64,000 nt of DNA from an uncultured Gammaproteobacteria bacterium. Its GTDB lineage: Bacteria; Patescibacteriota; Microgenomatia; UBA8517. The notes beneath the pieces were generated by a model. It made no database searches. It saw only the letters and a program-made list of their open reading frames with translations, and was not told the origin of the DNA. The DNA is taken from NCBI GenBank assembly GCA_964635715.1, contig CAZWNZ010000003.1:37153-101152 (forward strand), in the 5' to 3' direction. Below are positions 1-10,299 of the stretch, piece after piece. Each line of letters begins with the position of its first letter. Position 1 is the first letter of the stretch. The position numbers and the translations under genes are program-made.

Positions 1-89
1 GGATATTTTTTGGGGTTTTTCCCGCCAGGCGAGCCGCCAGACTTTCTCCCATTGAGGCGATTAGGTATGAATAGTTTATAATCTTTTTT

Positions 90-575
90 ATGATATCTTG
101 TCAGTTTGAAAATGGAAGTAAAACACATTTAAGACATATTGTTACGGGTGTGATCATTGTTAAAGATCAAAAAGTCCTTCTCGAAAAGCGGGGGTTTTTC
201 AACGGAAAACCTTTATTGGAGTCAGGAAAATGGGCAATAATTGGCGGATATCTTGATATGAACGAAACTCTCGAGGAAGGTATCAGACGTGAGGTTCGTG
301 AAGAAACAGGGTATGAAATAGGGAATCTAAAACTTTTCCATATAAATGATAGTCCAAATAGGCGCAACGAAGATAGGCAAAATGTTGCCTTTAATTTTTT
401 TGCTACTGCCAAATCACAGTCTCCTGTCGAGTCGGAAGAAGTTATTGAGACTAAATGGTTTGATTTAGATGGTCTGCCCCCGAAAGAAGAAATAGCCTTT
501 GACCAGCATGATGAGTTGATGCTTTATAAAAAATACATAAAAGAAAAATTTCCTCTTCCCGTTGTTGGTCGATAG
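90..575 (+). CDS. Nudix hydrolase
   Basis: Nudix box GGYLDMNETLEEGIRREVREETG; C-terminal IAFD-H motif. Confidence 0.9.
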   Translation: MISCQFENGSKTHLRHIVTGVIIVKDQKVLLEKRGFFNGKPLLESGKWAIIGGYLDMNETLEEGIRREVREETGYEIGNLKLFHINDSPNRRNEDRQNVAFNFFATAKSQSPVESEEVIETKWFDLDGLPPKEEIAFDQHDELMLYKKYIKEKFPLPVVGR

Positions 576-604
576 AAGATTATACCCACCCATTATTTCA
601 ACCA

Positions 605-1180
605 TTACCCTAATTTAAACCCTTGTGTAATTCCAAAGTTAACAAAACCGTTTACGTCTAATTTTGTTTCTGAAATTTTGGAATTTTTAAAGCCGGCTCC
701 TTCTGATTTTGCTCCAAGAAAATTAGTTTCCGTTAAATTGCATCTTTCGAAAATAGTTTCTCTTAAATCTGAACCCTCAAAACTTACTTTTTCCAAATCG
801 CAAAACATAAAAACCGACTTACTTAAATTTGCATTTGAAAAACTGCAAGATTTTAAATTAAATTTCTTTAATTCACTTTTACTGGCACCTTTTAGTTTTT
901 GGAAAATACAATTTTCAGTTAAAGATTCAGAAAAATCACAATTAATTAACGAAGTGTTAGAAAAATCAAGATTGCTCAATTTACTACCCGGAAATTTACA
1001 GTCAGAGAAGCTTACAAGTTCAAGAAAACTTTCGGAAAAGTCACAAGATTGAAAAACACAGCTTGAGAAATTTATAAATCTTAGGGTAATTCCAATAAAT
1101 TTGCACGATTCAAAAGTATTCTTTGCAAAATCCTGTCCACGAAGATCATTCTCCTTAAAAACCTTATTTTTTATGAGCAT
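605..1180 (-). CDS. Pentapeptide repeat protein
   Basis: Repeated xxCxF/xxNL pentapeptides (SCVFQ SCDFS, NCDFS, SCSFS NANLS). Confidence 0.9.
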   Translation of the reverse strand: MLIKNKVFKENDLRGQDFAKNTFESCKFIGITLRFINFSSCVFQSCDFSESFLELVSFSDCKFPGSKLSNLDFSNTSLINCDFSESLTENCIFQKLKGASKSELKKFNLKSCSFSNANLSKSVFMFCDLEKVSFEGSDLRETIFERCNLTETNFLGAKSEGAGFKNSKISETKLDVNGFVNFGITQGFKLG

Positions 1181-1853
1181 TTAATCTTTTGTTACTTTCT
1201 TTAGCTAAAACAGAAATTTTTTCACCTAGCCAACTGGAAAGATATTTTACTTCTTGCCTATTCTTAATATCACCGTTAAATTTTATTGGTTTGCCGATAC
1301 TTATTGCATATGGTCCTTTAAGATACCATTTACCCCATTCTTCAATACCTTTAATTATGGATTTAATCCATCGGACATTCTGTTGCCTGACACCGATACC
1401 TATCGGGATAATTGGCTTACCCGATAAAATTGCGAGTCTTACTGCGCCGGTTTTTGGTTTTTCGATTTTATGTAAAAAACTACTTACACTTCCTTCTATA
1501 AAAACAATTACCGTAATGCCTTTTTTGAGCTTTGCGAGAGCTGCTTCAAACGCTTCTTTACCACTTTGTTTATTAACCGGAATATGTCCGGCAAGGTGTA
1601 AATATTTTCCAAACACCGGTACGTCAAACAAAACGTCTTTGATGAGCACTGCTGCTTGTCCATTAGAAATAGAAGTTAAAATAAACGGGTCCGTTGTTGT
1701 CGGATGGTTGGCAACAATTATTTTTGCACCGCGTGGAATATAGGAAAGTCTTTTTGCATCCATCCTAAACATTATTTTTGAATATACGCTGACAATCAAA
1801 CTGCCTGAGTGGTATAAAACTTTTTTAATAGTGTTTCTAAAGACAAACAACAT
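1164..1853 (-). CDS. 1-acyl-sn-glycerol-3-phosphate (lysophospholipid) acyltransferase
   Basis: NHPTTTD (HxxxxD) and FIEG motifs; start trimmed to ATG at 1853 because the longer ORF overlaps the next gene. Confidence 0.85.
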   Translation of the reverse strand: MLFVFRNTIKKVLYHSGSLIVSVYSKIMFRMDAKRLSYIPRGAKIIVANHPTTTDPFILTSISNGQAAVLIKDVLFDVPVFGKYLHLAGHIPVNKQSGKEAFEAALAKLKKGITVIVFIEGSVSSFLHKIEKPKTGAVRLAILSGKPIIPIGIGVRQQNVRWIKSIIKGIEEWGKWYLKGPYAISIGKPIKFNGDIKNRQEVKYLSSWLGEKISVLAKESNKRLNAHKK

Positions 1854-1938
1854 AAATATACTGTTGAAGTATAAGTATACGCTTTTTATGTGAAAATGTT
1901 GTTGACACATATTCACAACAATGAGAAGATGTATCTCT

Positions 1939-2373
1939 ATGGAAAATGTCGTGAAAGATAAAAAAATGAAAAGCGAACCCAGTGTGACCATCTTTGGACA
2001 TTCTTTGGACGATGAAGAAAAGATTGGAAAATCCAGAACGAAAACATATCTTGATGCAGAGAATTTTACATGGGGTTTTTTGTTCATATTTGCAGGAATA
2101 ATTTTCTTATTGAACACTTTTGGAATCCTTCCCTGGAATGTTTGGGGAACGATTAGTCATTTTTGGCCGGTTTTTCTGATACTTGTTGGAGTTGACATGA
2201 TCTTTGGAAAATCCCTAGTAGCAAAAATAATAGGTCTTAATTTTAAAGTTTTGACTTTTCTGGTAGTATTGGGAGTTGCTTTGACGGCAGTAGCCCCTCA
2301 GACAATATCTTGGCTTCCGATTGAAATAACAAATTTTTTTAATAACATAGTTTTATATTTACAAGTAAAATGA
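1939..2373 (+). CDS. LiaI/LiaF-like (DUF5668) membrane protein
   Basis: WGFLFIFAGIIFLLNTFG...FWPVFLILVG pattern; start uncertain (1921, 1939 or 1966). Confidence 0.7.
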   Translation: MENVVKDKKMKSEPSVTIFGHSLDDEEKIGKSRTKTYLDAENFTWGFLFIFAGIIFLLNTFGILPWNVWGTISHFWPVFLILVGVDMIFGKSLVAKIIGLNFKVLTFLVVLGVALTAVAPQTISWLPIEITNFFNNIVLYLQVK

Positions 2374-2870
2374 GAGCAAGCATGATTTTCGGCATAATAA
2401 TAGTAATATTCGGTTTGAATATTCTTTTTGACTTCCCGTTTTTTGAGGCTATTTTTGCATTATTTATTATTTGGATTGGTTACAGAATGATTGTGAAAAG
2501 CCACAATGATTCCGGTTCGAATGAGGGAAAAGATCTGAGTGAGGATTTTCTGAATAAAGTTCTTGTTTTCTCCGGGTTGGAAACAAAATTTTCAAGCAAA
2601 GATTTTAAAGGTGGAGAACTGGTGACCGTTTTTGGAGGGATAGATATAGATGCAACAAATTCGTCATCAAAAGAAAAAGAGATCAATTTAGATATGACCG
2701 CGGTATTTGGCGGAATTACAATTAAAGTTCCAAAAAATTGGAAGGTAAAATGTGAAGGATTTGCGTTGTTTGGTGGATATGACAATAAGACAGAAAATCC
2801 TTCAAAGCCTTCGCTTATTGTTAATGTTAGAGGCACTGCCATCTTCGGTGGTGTTGAAATTATAAACTAG
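2370..2870 (+). CDS. LiaF-like cell-wall-antibiotic response protein
   Basis: N-terminal TM helices plus repeated VFGG beta motifs. Confidence 0.8.
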   Translation: MRASMIFGIIIVIFGLNILFDFPFFEAIFALFIIWIGYRMIVKSHNDSGSNEGKDLSEDFLNKVLVFSGLETKFSSKDFKGGELVTVFGGIDIDATNSSSKEKEINLDMTAVFGGITIKVPKNWKVKCEGFALFGGYDNKTENPSKPSLIVNVRGTAIFGGVEIIN

Positions 2871-2943
2871 ACAGTTCCTCTTGTTCCCTGAATCAATTAA
2901 CTACTACATAATATTTCATCAAGACATAATATAATTAATACAC

Positions 2944-3924
2944 ATGCCCACAGCTCGCAAAATAATTATTATCACTTCCTTCATTTTTGTTGCTTTTGCT
3001 GCTTTTGTTACATCAAAATCCAAAACGAATTCTCTTTCTATGGAGGACTTAAAAAAAGGGAAATACCCGGGAAGCGATATAAAAGTAGAGGAGACGCTAA
3101 CTTCCGAAAAAGCATATAACCGTTACATAGTTTCTTATTATTCTCAGAGCCTAAAACTTTTTGCATTACTTCTTGTTCCCAACACTACCAAACCTCAAAA
3201 TGGTTTTCCCGTAATAATTTTGAACCACGGTTACATAATTCCGGATAAATATACTCCGGAAGGGAATTACATTCCGTACTACGACGCTTTTGCAAATGCC
3301 GGCTATATAGTGTTCAAGCCGGATTACCGCGGTCACGGAAAATCGCAAGGTTTCCCAACCAGCGCGTATTATTCCTCAGACTATGTGGTAGATACTCTAA
3401 ATGCTATTTCTTCTATAAAAAAATATCCTGGAGTAGATCCCGCCGGAATTGGTATTTGGGGACATTCAATGGGGGGGAATATTTCTCTAAAAGTTGTGGA
3501 AATCTCCGATGATGTAAAAGCTCTTTCTATTTGGTCAGGGGTCGTTGCACCTATTGATGATATTATTTACAACTGGCAAAAGAGAGTTTCCTACAAACCC
3601 GATCCACTTGATTTTGAACTTAGAAACGATAATTTGGATATACTTTTGCAGAAATATGGAACACCATCGGAAAACCCCGAATTTTGGGACAAAATTGATC
3701 CAAATTACTACCTATCTGGCATAAACATTCCTGTTCAAATACATGTTGGTCTTGCCGATACTCAAGTACCATCCGATTTTTCCAAAGGTCTTTATGAGAG
3801 ATTAAATAAATTTGGGAAAAATGCTGAATACTTTGAATACGAAGGAGCTAACCATGATATCAACCAAAGTTTTGATAAAGCAATGCAAAAAACAATAGAA
3901 TTTTTTGATTTGTATTTAAAATAA
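2944..3924 (+). CDS. Secreted alpha/beta hydrolase (S9 peptidase-like)
   Basis: GHSMGG nucleophile elbow, HG oxyanion motif, DYRGHG, C-terminal D and H. Confidence 0.85.
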   Translation: MPTARKIIIITSFIFVAFAAFVTSKSKTNSLSMEDLKKGKYPGSDIKVEETLTSEKAYNRYIVSYYSQSLKLFALLLVPNTTKPQNGFPVIILNHGYIIPDKYTPEGNYIPYYDAFANAGYIVFKPDYRGHGKSQGFPTSAYYSSDYVVDTLNAISSIKKYPGVDPAGIGIWGHSMGGNISLKVVEISDDVKALSIWSGVVAPIDDIIYNWQKRVSYKPDPLDFELRNDNLDILLQKYGTPSENPEFWDKIDPNYYLSGINIPVQIHVGLADTQVPSDFSKGLYERLNKFGKNAEYFEYEGANHDINQSFDKAMQKTIEFFDLYLK

Positions 3925-3965
3925 TCCTATTTCAAAATGAATGGTTTTGGCTATAATCCTTTTAA

Positions 3966-4997
3966 ATGAGAGAGCGCATCAAATCAATCGATTTTCTAAG
4001 GATTTTTGCCATTTTGGGGGTGCTTCTTATACACACCACAACCAGGACTTTGGAAGCCTCAAATTTTGATTTAATCGGATTTTCCTGGACTCTTTTTTTA
4101 AATCAAGCGGTACGTTTTGCGGTTCCATTATTTTTTATTATCTCAGGCTTTGTTCTGGAAGTAAGTTGGCGGGATGAAAGTTATTGGAAATTTATTAAAA
4201 GACGTTTTTCAAAAATTCTTATCCCCTATATTTTCTGGAGCCTTATCTACTATTTTTTTGTTTACAATCAGAACCACGATAACATTGCCAAAGTGCTTCT
4301 GACAGGGAACGCTTCCTACCAGCTTTATTTCATCCCGTCTCTTTGTGTGTTTTATCTGATTTTCCCTTTTTTGCACAAGTATTATAAATTGATTTCAAAT
4401 AAATTTATTTTAATTTTTTTGGCTGTTTCTCAGCTTTATTTTCAATACCGCGATTATTATGTCAGATATCTTGATTTTGATGACCCCTTCCGCATCGTCA
4501 TTCTTGCATATTTCTTTTTTATCATAGGAATTGTAGCTGCCCGCAGCAAGGAAAAAATTAATTTATTTGTCCATAAATGGAAGTACGTTTTAGTACCTCT
4601 GGCGGTTGCCAATTGTATTTATGTTTTTTGGGAGGGAAAAGTTAGGTATTTGACAACCGGAAATTATCTTTCTTACTACTCCCAATGGCGGCCGAGCGTA
4701 TTCATTTATACTTTTTTAATGGGTCTTACGCTGTTTCGGCTTTTTAATAAAACCAAATTCCAAACATTTATTATAGAAAAACTTTCTAAAATTTCTTTTC
4801 TTGTTTTTTTCAACCATGTAATTTTTTTGGAAATAACATGGCGATTCATTGGGGTATATATATTTAGTTTGATTGGTGGCAGTCTTTTGGGAAAAATTAT
4901 TTTTGATTCGATATTCTTTTTTATAGTTTTTTCGATTTCATTTATAATTTCCTTTTTTCTTCATAAGATTCCTAAAGCAGAAAGGATAATAGGTTGA
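3966..4997 (+). CDS. Acyltransferase-3 family membrane O-acyltransferase
   Basis: IDFLR...LLIH, RFAVPLFFIISG, KRRFSKILIPY. Confidence 0.9.
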   Translation: MRERIKSIDFLRIFAILGVLLIHTTTRTLEASNFDLIGFSWTLFLNQAVRFAVPLFFIISGFVLEVSWRDESYWKFIKRRFSKILIPYIFWSLIYYFFVYNQNHDNIAKVLLTGNASYQLYFIPSLCVFYLIFPFLHKYYKLISNKFILIFLAVSQLYFQYRDYYVRYLDFDDPFRIVILAYFFFIIGIVAARSKEKINLFVHKWKYVLVPLAVANCIYVFWEGKVRYLTTGNYLSYYSQWRPSVFIYTFLMGLTLFRLFNKTKFQTFIIEKLSKISFLVFFNHVIFLEITWRFIGVYIFSLIGGSLLGKIIFDSIFFFIVFSISFIISFFLHKIPKAERIIG

Positions 4998-5034
4998 TCT
5001 GGTGGAGAAGCCTCCAATATGTTAGCCTTAATTT

Positions 5035-6210
5035 ATGAAAGTAATATTAAAGAGGATGGGAAAGGTAATTTTTTTAACATTAGTTTTTATTGCCGGGTTT
5101 CTGGTTGCGAAAAATTATGTATTACCCAAAATTGCAGGTGAGAGTGTAACGATAGAAAACATTGTTTTGCCAAGAAAAGAGGTCAATGGATTTTTACCAT
5201 ATTGGTTGATTAATAAAGCGGATGCCGACTATTCGAAGTATATTACTAATCTTACTTATTTTAGTTTATCGGTTGGCGAGGACGGATCAATTGCAAAGTA
5301 TACAAATCCCGGGGAAAGCGAACCTGGTTACTACTCCCTGATGAGTGGAAAAGCAGACGCTATTCTGCAAAGCGCAAAAGACAATGATGTCGATTTGTCC
5401 CTGTCGGTTTTTAGCGGTGATAACGAGGTAATTACTCAGATGTTAAATGATCCGGAGACGAGTGCAAAAAATTTGATTGAGAGTGTTACCCCAATAATGC
5501 AGGAATATGGTTTTACCGAACTCAATTTGGATATAGAGCAGCCGAGTGACGCATCTGCCGAAGCCAGACTTAAATTTACACAATTTGTAAAGTCGGTTAG
5601 AAAAAATGTTGATTCGGAAAAAATAAACACTTTGTCAATTGATGTCTCTGCCTCCTCTTTTGTAAAAGAAACGAACCTTGCCGATCCTGCATCTTTTGTT
5701 GAATATGTCGATAAAATAATAATTATGGCCTATGATTATCATTACACAGGGTCATACGTTACTGGTCCTGTGGCTCCTATCTCAGGTGCCGGTATAATTT
5801 CTGAGTTTGATACTGAAGCGGCCGTAGCAGCAGCACTTAAGGTTTATCCTGCCAAAAAAATTATTCTGGGAATACCACTATACGGATATTCCTGGGAAAC
5901 GATCGGGTACACACCACGATCGGCAGTAATACCCGCGTCAGGATTTTCCATAAGCAGTCAAAAGGTTGAAGAGTTTTTAGCCGGGTGCTCAGCTTGTAGC
6001 GCCACCTTTGATGATGTAGACAAAGAAAGTTATGTTATCTATAGGGATCAGGAAACGGGTACATATCACCAGATTTTTTACCCGACAGAAGAATCAACAA
6101 ATTACAAAATCAAGTTGGCAAAACAAAATTCGATTGCAGGTCTAGCACTTTGGGCATTGGGTTATGAGGACTCAACTATTTTAGCACCCCTTGCCTCGTA
6201 CCATAATTAA
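5035..6210 (+). CDS. Glycoside hydrolase family 18
   Basis: ELNLDIE catalytic motif, IMAYDYH, LGIPLYG, WALGYE. Confidence 0.9.
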   Translation: MKVILKRMGKVIFLTLVFIAGFLVAKNYVLPKIAGESVTIENIVLPRKEVNGFLPYWLINKADADYSKYITNLTYFSLSVGEDGSIAKYTNPGESEPGYYSLMSGKADAILQSAKDNDVDLSLSVFSGDNEVITQMLNDPETSAKNLIESVTPIMQEYGFTELNLDIEQPSDASAEARLKFTQFVKSVRKNVDSEKINTLSIDVSASSFVKETNLADPASFVEYVDKIIIMAYDYHYTGSYVTGPVAPISGAGIISEFDTEAAVAAALKVYPAKKIILGIPLYGYSWETIGYTPRSAVIPASGFSISSQKVEEFLAGCSACSATFDDVDKESYVIYRDQETGTYHQIFYPTEESTNYKIKLAKQNSIAGLALWALGYEDSTILAPLASYHN

Positions 6211-6838
6211 AGGTGTAAGTTTGTCCGTTCTTTGCTTCCACTGTATGACTGACCAATTCTTTGTCATTATAAGCAAAAATTGCATTGCCGGTGATTACCG
6301 ATATAGTGATGGTGGATTTTTCGCTGTCCCTGACAATTTTTATGTCTCCATCAAATTGAGTCAACAGATATGAGGTTCTAACAGTTATAGGATTCTCTCC
6401 GAGATTACTGTAAGTCACTGTCCCGTCTATCTGTGAGAAAACAATGTTTTTGGGAAGCGTCTGGATAACATCTATTTCTGTATTTTCAATAATATCTACA
6501 ATACAGACACCCAAGAAAGTCAAAGTAAAACTGCCATCCTCGCCTGTAAATAAATTTTCACCTTGTTGGATTTCAATGGGGGAATTTATTTTTGCAGCCT
6601 CCGTTGCCATTCTGGCTTGCCATTTAATTTCTCCATCCATGTCAGAGATGTTTCCTTTTAATGATTGGCTTGGTGCTTTTTCCAAAGAAAAACTCGAAAC
6701 ATATGTTTTTATATTTTCCCTTTCCCCCATAGGGGTTGAAGAAGGTGTTGAATGTGTGATCTGTTTATATAAAACAAATATCCCCCCTCCTATAGCCACC
6801 AGCAGTAAAATAGTAATGAAATATATATTTTTCCTCAT
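6176..6838 (-). CDS. FecR-like domain membrane-anchored protein
   Basis: N-terminal TM; GENLFTGEDG...IENTEI FecR-like pattern. Confidence 0.55.
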   Translation of the reverse strand: MRKNIYFITILLLVAIGGGIFVLYKQITHSTPSSTPMGERENIKTYVSSFSLEKAPSQSLKGNISDMDGEIKWQARMATEAAKINSPIEIQQGENLFTGEDGSFTLTFLGVCIVDIIENTEIDVIQTLPKNIVFSQIDGTVTYSNLGENPITVRTSYLLTQFDGDIKIVRDSEKSTITISVITGNAIFAYNDKELVSHTVEAKNGQTYTFNYGTRQGVLK

Positions 6839-6886
6839 GACGACAAACCTTTCTTAATTATACTAACTAAACTATAATCATTGGAT

Positions 6887-7684
6887 ATGAAAAGTACCGG
6901 AAATATTATTTCTGTTAAAAATTTAACTAAAAAATTTAAAGATTTTGAAGCTGTAGACGGCATCTCCTTTAATGTAAAAAAGGGTGAAATATTCGCATTT
7001 CTTGGGCCAAATGGTGCAGGTAAAAGTACTACAATCAAGATTTTAACAACGCTTCTTAATCCAACAAAGGGGGAGGTCAAGGTAAATGGTTTTGATTTGA
7101 AAGATAAAGATTTGATAAGACACTCTTTTGGTATAGTTTTTCAAGATCAATCACTGGATGAAGATTTGACCGCTTGGGAAAATATGTACTTTCATGCAAT
7201 GCTTTACAAAATTTCCCAAAAGGATAGAAAAGACAGAATTGAAGAACTTTTAAAATTTGTTGAACTTCTGGATAATAAAGACAAACTGGTTAAGGATTTT
7301 TCCGGCGGAATGAAAAGAAGGCTTGAAATTGCAAGAGGTCTTTTACACCACCCTAAGATATTATTTTTGGATGAGCCAACTCTAGGATTGGATCCCCAAA
7401 CCAAAAATCGTATGTGGGAATATATAAAAAAGGTAAACGAAACTGAAGGTATGACAGTATTTTTTACTACTCATTATATGGAAGAAGCCGAAAAAATTGC
7501 TCAAAGGATTGCCATAATAGATCGTGGAAAAATTGTTGCAGAGGGAACAAGTAAGGAACTCGAGGAATTAACGGAAACTAAAAATTTAGAAGATGCTTTC
7601 CTTTGTCTCACAGGTCATGAGATCAGGGAAGAATCCGGAAACTTCCTTGACGGTATGAGACATAGAAGAAAAATGCACCCCTAA
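6887..7684 (+). CDS. ABC transporter ATP-binding protein (DrrA-like)
   Basis: GPNGAGKST, FSGGMKRRL, LDEPT. Confidence 0.95.
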   Translation: MKSTGNIISVKNLTKKFKDFEAVDGISFNVKKGEIFAFLGPNGAGKSTTIKILTTLLNPTKGEVKVNGFDLKDKDLIRHSFGIVFQDQSLDEDLTAWENMYFHAMLYKISQKDRKDRIEELLKFVELLDNKDKLVKDFSGGMKRRLEIARGLLHHPKILFLDEPTLGLDPQTKNRMWEYIKKVNETEGMTVFFTTHYMEEAEKIAQRIAIIDRGKIVAEGTSKELEELTETKNLEDAFLCLTGHEIREESGNFLDGMRHRRKMHP

Positions 7685-7691
7685 AAAAATT

Positions 7692-8438
7692 ATGGAAACA
7701 ATTTATGTTCTTTGGCTAAGACAAGTTAAAAAGTATTTTAGATCCAAATCCAGGATTATTGGCTCTTTAGGTCAACCACTTCTTCTTTTAATAGCATTTG
7801 GTTATGGATTTGGATCTATTTATCAAAAAGCAAATGGGGGGAATTATATAAATTTTTTGGCACCGGGAATAATACTTATGAGTGTTCTCTCAACTGCCAT
7901 GTTTTCCGGAATTGATATTATTTGGGACAGACAATTTGGATTTTTGAAAGAAACTTTAGTTGCACCGGTTTCCAGAATGCAGATAGTTTTGGGCAAAACA
8001 TTAGGGGCTGCAACTGTTGCAATTATTCAAGGAGTTATTGTACTTCTTCTTTCAATGTTGGTTGGTTTTCGTCCACAAAGTGCTTTTGCCATTTTTCCAG
8101 CCCTAGGATTTTCTCTTTTGGTTGCAATTCTTTTTTCGTCACTAGGTACTGCTATAGCATCTCTTCTTGAAGATATGCAGGGATTCCAACTTATTATGAA
8201 TTTTCTTATTATGCCTATACAATTTTTATCCGGTGCATTTTTTCCACTTGAAGGACTACCAAAAGCAATTGAGATGTTTGTAAAAATTAATCCTTTGACC
8301 TACGGAGTTGATGGTCTTCGTGGGGCATTGGGTGGAGTGTATACATATAGTCCCAGTTTAGATTTTGTAGTACTCGCGGCTGTTACCACAATTTTACTTT
8401 TTGTCGGCAGCTACTTATTCTCCAAGATACAGATTTAA
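7692..8438 (+). CDS. ABC-2 type permease
   Basis: Six TM helices, DRQFGFLKETLVAPVSR, NPLTYGVD. Confidence 0.95.
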   Translation: METIYVLWLRQVKKYFRSKSRIIGSLGQPLLLLIAFGYGFGSIYQKANGGNYINFLAPGIILMSVLSTAMFSGIDIIWDRQFGFLKETLVAPVSRMQIVLGKTLGAATVAIIQGVIVLLLSMLVGFRPQSAFAIFPALGFSLLVAILFSSLGTAIASLLEDMQGFQLIMNFLIMPIQFLSGAFFPLEGLPKAIEMFVKINPLTYGVDGLRGALGGVYTYSPSLDFVVLAAVTTILLFVGSYLFSKIQI

Positions 8439-8648
8439 TATTAACTGAGGGCCCGGGTAATGGCTTCTTTTATGTTTCTTCCGGAGAACCAACCATTTAA
8501 AAATACAATAGCGTGCTTATTTTGATTGCATTTTTTAAGATAATATTTGTTAATATGCCCACCCTTTTTAAGGAGAACTTGGGCAAGCTCGTGTACCGAA
8601 AAATTGTTGAATATGCTTAATTATAACATAATTAATATTTAAATATTT

Positions 8649-9200
8649 TTAAGGTATGCAGTTAGGCCAAATTCCATTTTTTCCTTTTGATAGGGCATAA
8701 GAGGCAGTTTGTACTGATTCCTCGGCAGAATATCTGAGATCTGGATTTGTATCTTCTCCGATTTCAGCTCTTAGGTTTTTCCAGGTTGTCGATCCAAATT
8801 GGTAAAGTCCCGCATATCCCGCATTTTCTGCATTAGATCTAAATCCTGATTCACAGATAGCTATATATCTAAGAACGTTTGTATCTACTCCATATTGTGC
8901 CGCAAATCTATCGATAAAAGCATTGACTTCGGATGAGGAAGCCGGAGTACTTGCCGGTAGCGGGTTTGGCGATTCAGTCATTTTTGGTTCAGGAGAAGAG
9001 ACTTTAGGGGAAGGAGATGGTGCTGAAGAAGGTGTTGTTTTGGGTGTTGGGGTTATTGCTTCAATTGGGGAAGGACTTGGTATAAATGTTTCTTCCCCCA
9101 TACCTAAGACATCCCTTCCGGATCTTTTTCCAAGAATATACATACCTGTCAGATACAGCAGTGAAATGAGAGCAAGGATAAAGTATAGTCTGTTTTTCAT
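8649..9200 (-). CDS. Lytic transglycosylase/Rpf-like domain protein with Pro/Ser/Thr linker
   Basis: IAICESG and GLYQF...TW lysozyme-like motifs, ends WPNC. Confidence 0.8.
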   Translation of the reverse strand: MKNRLYFILALISLLYLTGMYILGKRSGRDVLGMGEETFIPSPSPIEAITPTPKTTPSSAPSPSPKVSSPEPKMTESPNPLPASTPASSSEVNAFIDRFAAQYGVDTNVLRYIAICESGFRSNAENAGYAGLYQFGSTTWKNLRAEIGEDTNPDLRYSAEESVQTASYALSKGKNGIWPNCIP

Positions 9201-9250
9201 TTGCCAAATTGTAGCTTAGTAAATAGGCAAATGCACGATATAATGTTTAT

Positions 9251-10063
9251 ATGTCAGAGATTAAAAGAAAAACTGTTGGGTTGGCACTTGGGAGCGGTGG
9301 TTGGAGAGGCCTTGCCCACCTTGGGGTGATAAAAGAATTCAGAAAAGAAGGAATACCTATAGATTACATTGCCGGTTGTAGCGCCGGTTCATTGATAGGA
9401 GGACTTTATAGTTATTTTGGCGATACGGATGAGATTGAAGAAATTGTTAACAATCTTACTTATCGTTCGCTTTTTGAAATTTTACTTGATCCTGTGCGTC
9501 AGGCGGGCATTATCGGCGGTGCAAAATATCTGCGATTTATTGAAAAATATATCGGAAATGTGGAAATTCAAGATCTTGGTACAAAATTTACGGCTGTTTG
9601 TACAGATTTGATTGATGGAAAAACTGTCGAACTGGATACAGGTAGGCTGAGTACTGCAATTCGCGCAAGTTCTTCTATTCCGGTAGTTTTTCAACCTGTA
9701 TTGGTTGATGGAAAAACATTGGTTGATGGGGCAAATGTAATGCCGGTACCTGTTCAGACTGCCCGTAAAATGGGCGCAGACATAGTTGTTGCCGTAAATC
9801 TTTATGACAATATTTTTCCATTTAAAATGGAATATCTTAGAAAACAAAAATTAACACCCATGACGATTAGTAGAATTGCCTATCAAATGCTTCTTTACAC
9901 TCTTGCAAAAAACAACTGCAAGGATGCTGATTTTGTTATCAACCCAAAAATTTGGGAAGGGAGTTTTGGTATTTTTAAGAAGTTTATAAATAATAATGCA
10001 ACTATTGAAGATGGAGAAATGGCTGCCAAAGAGATAATTCCTAAAATAAAAAAACTGCTTTAG
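9251..10063 (+). CDS. Patatin-like phospholipase
   Basis: GSGGWRG, GCSAG, DGA motifs. Confidence 0.9.
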   Translation: MSEIKRKTVGLALGSGGWRGLAHLGVIKEFRKEGIPIDYIAGCSAGSLIGGLYSYFGDTDEIEEIVNNLTYRSLFEILLDPVRQAGIIGGAKYLRFIEKYIGNVEIQDLGTKFTAVCTDLIDGKTVELDTGRLSTAIRASSSIPVVFQPVLVDGKTLVDGANVMPVPVQTARKMGADIVVAVNLYDNIFPFKMEYLRKQKLTPMTISRIAYQMLLYTLAKNNCKDADFVINPKIWEGSFGIFKKFINNNATIEDGEMAAKEIIPKIKKLL

Positions 10064-10068
10064 AGAAT

Positions 10069-10275
10069 TTACTTACTTTTTTTTGAAAAAGAATCTCCTT
10101 CAGGTATCACTAGCCAGCAAATAAGATAGGGTAGTATTCCGGGAATTCCTCCGGGGATAAGCAAAAGCACCCAAATAAGACGGACTAAAACAACATCAAT
10201 TTTGAAATAATCTGCCAGACCTATTGCCACCCCGCCTATTATTCTTCCTTCAATCGGTCTTCTTAACTTTTTCAT
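10069..10275 (-). CDS. pspC: PspC domain protein
   Basis: LRR...IGGVAIGLADYFKID..LVRL...YLICWLVIP. Confidence 0.9.
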   Translation of the reverse strand: MKKLRRPIEGRIIGGVAIGLADYFKIDVVLVRLIWVLLLIPGGIPGILPYLICWLVIPEGDSFSKKSK

Positions 10276-10299
10276 GAACTAATTTTAACATTAATATTT

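Noticed and set aside
1189-1743. Long antisense ORFs (also 24885..25439, 30326..30769, 44159..44674 and others)
   Set aside because: Shadows of well-supported genes on the opposite strand.
8441-8620. Open minus-strand frame of ~58 codons
   Set aside because: No clear start codon upstream of most of the frame and no motif.
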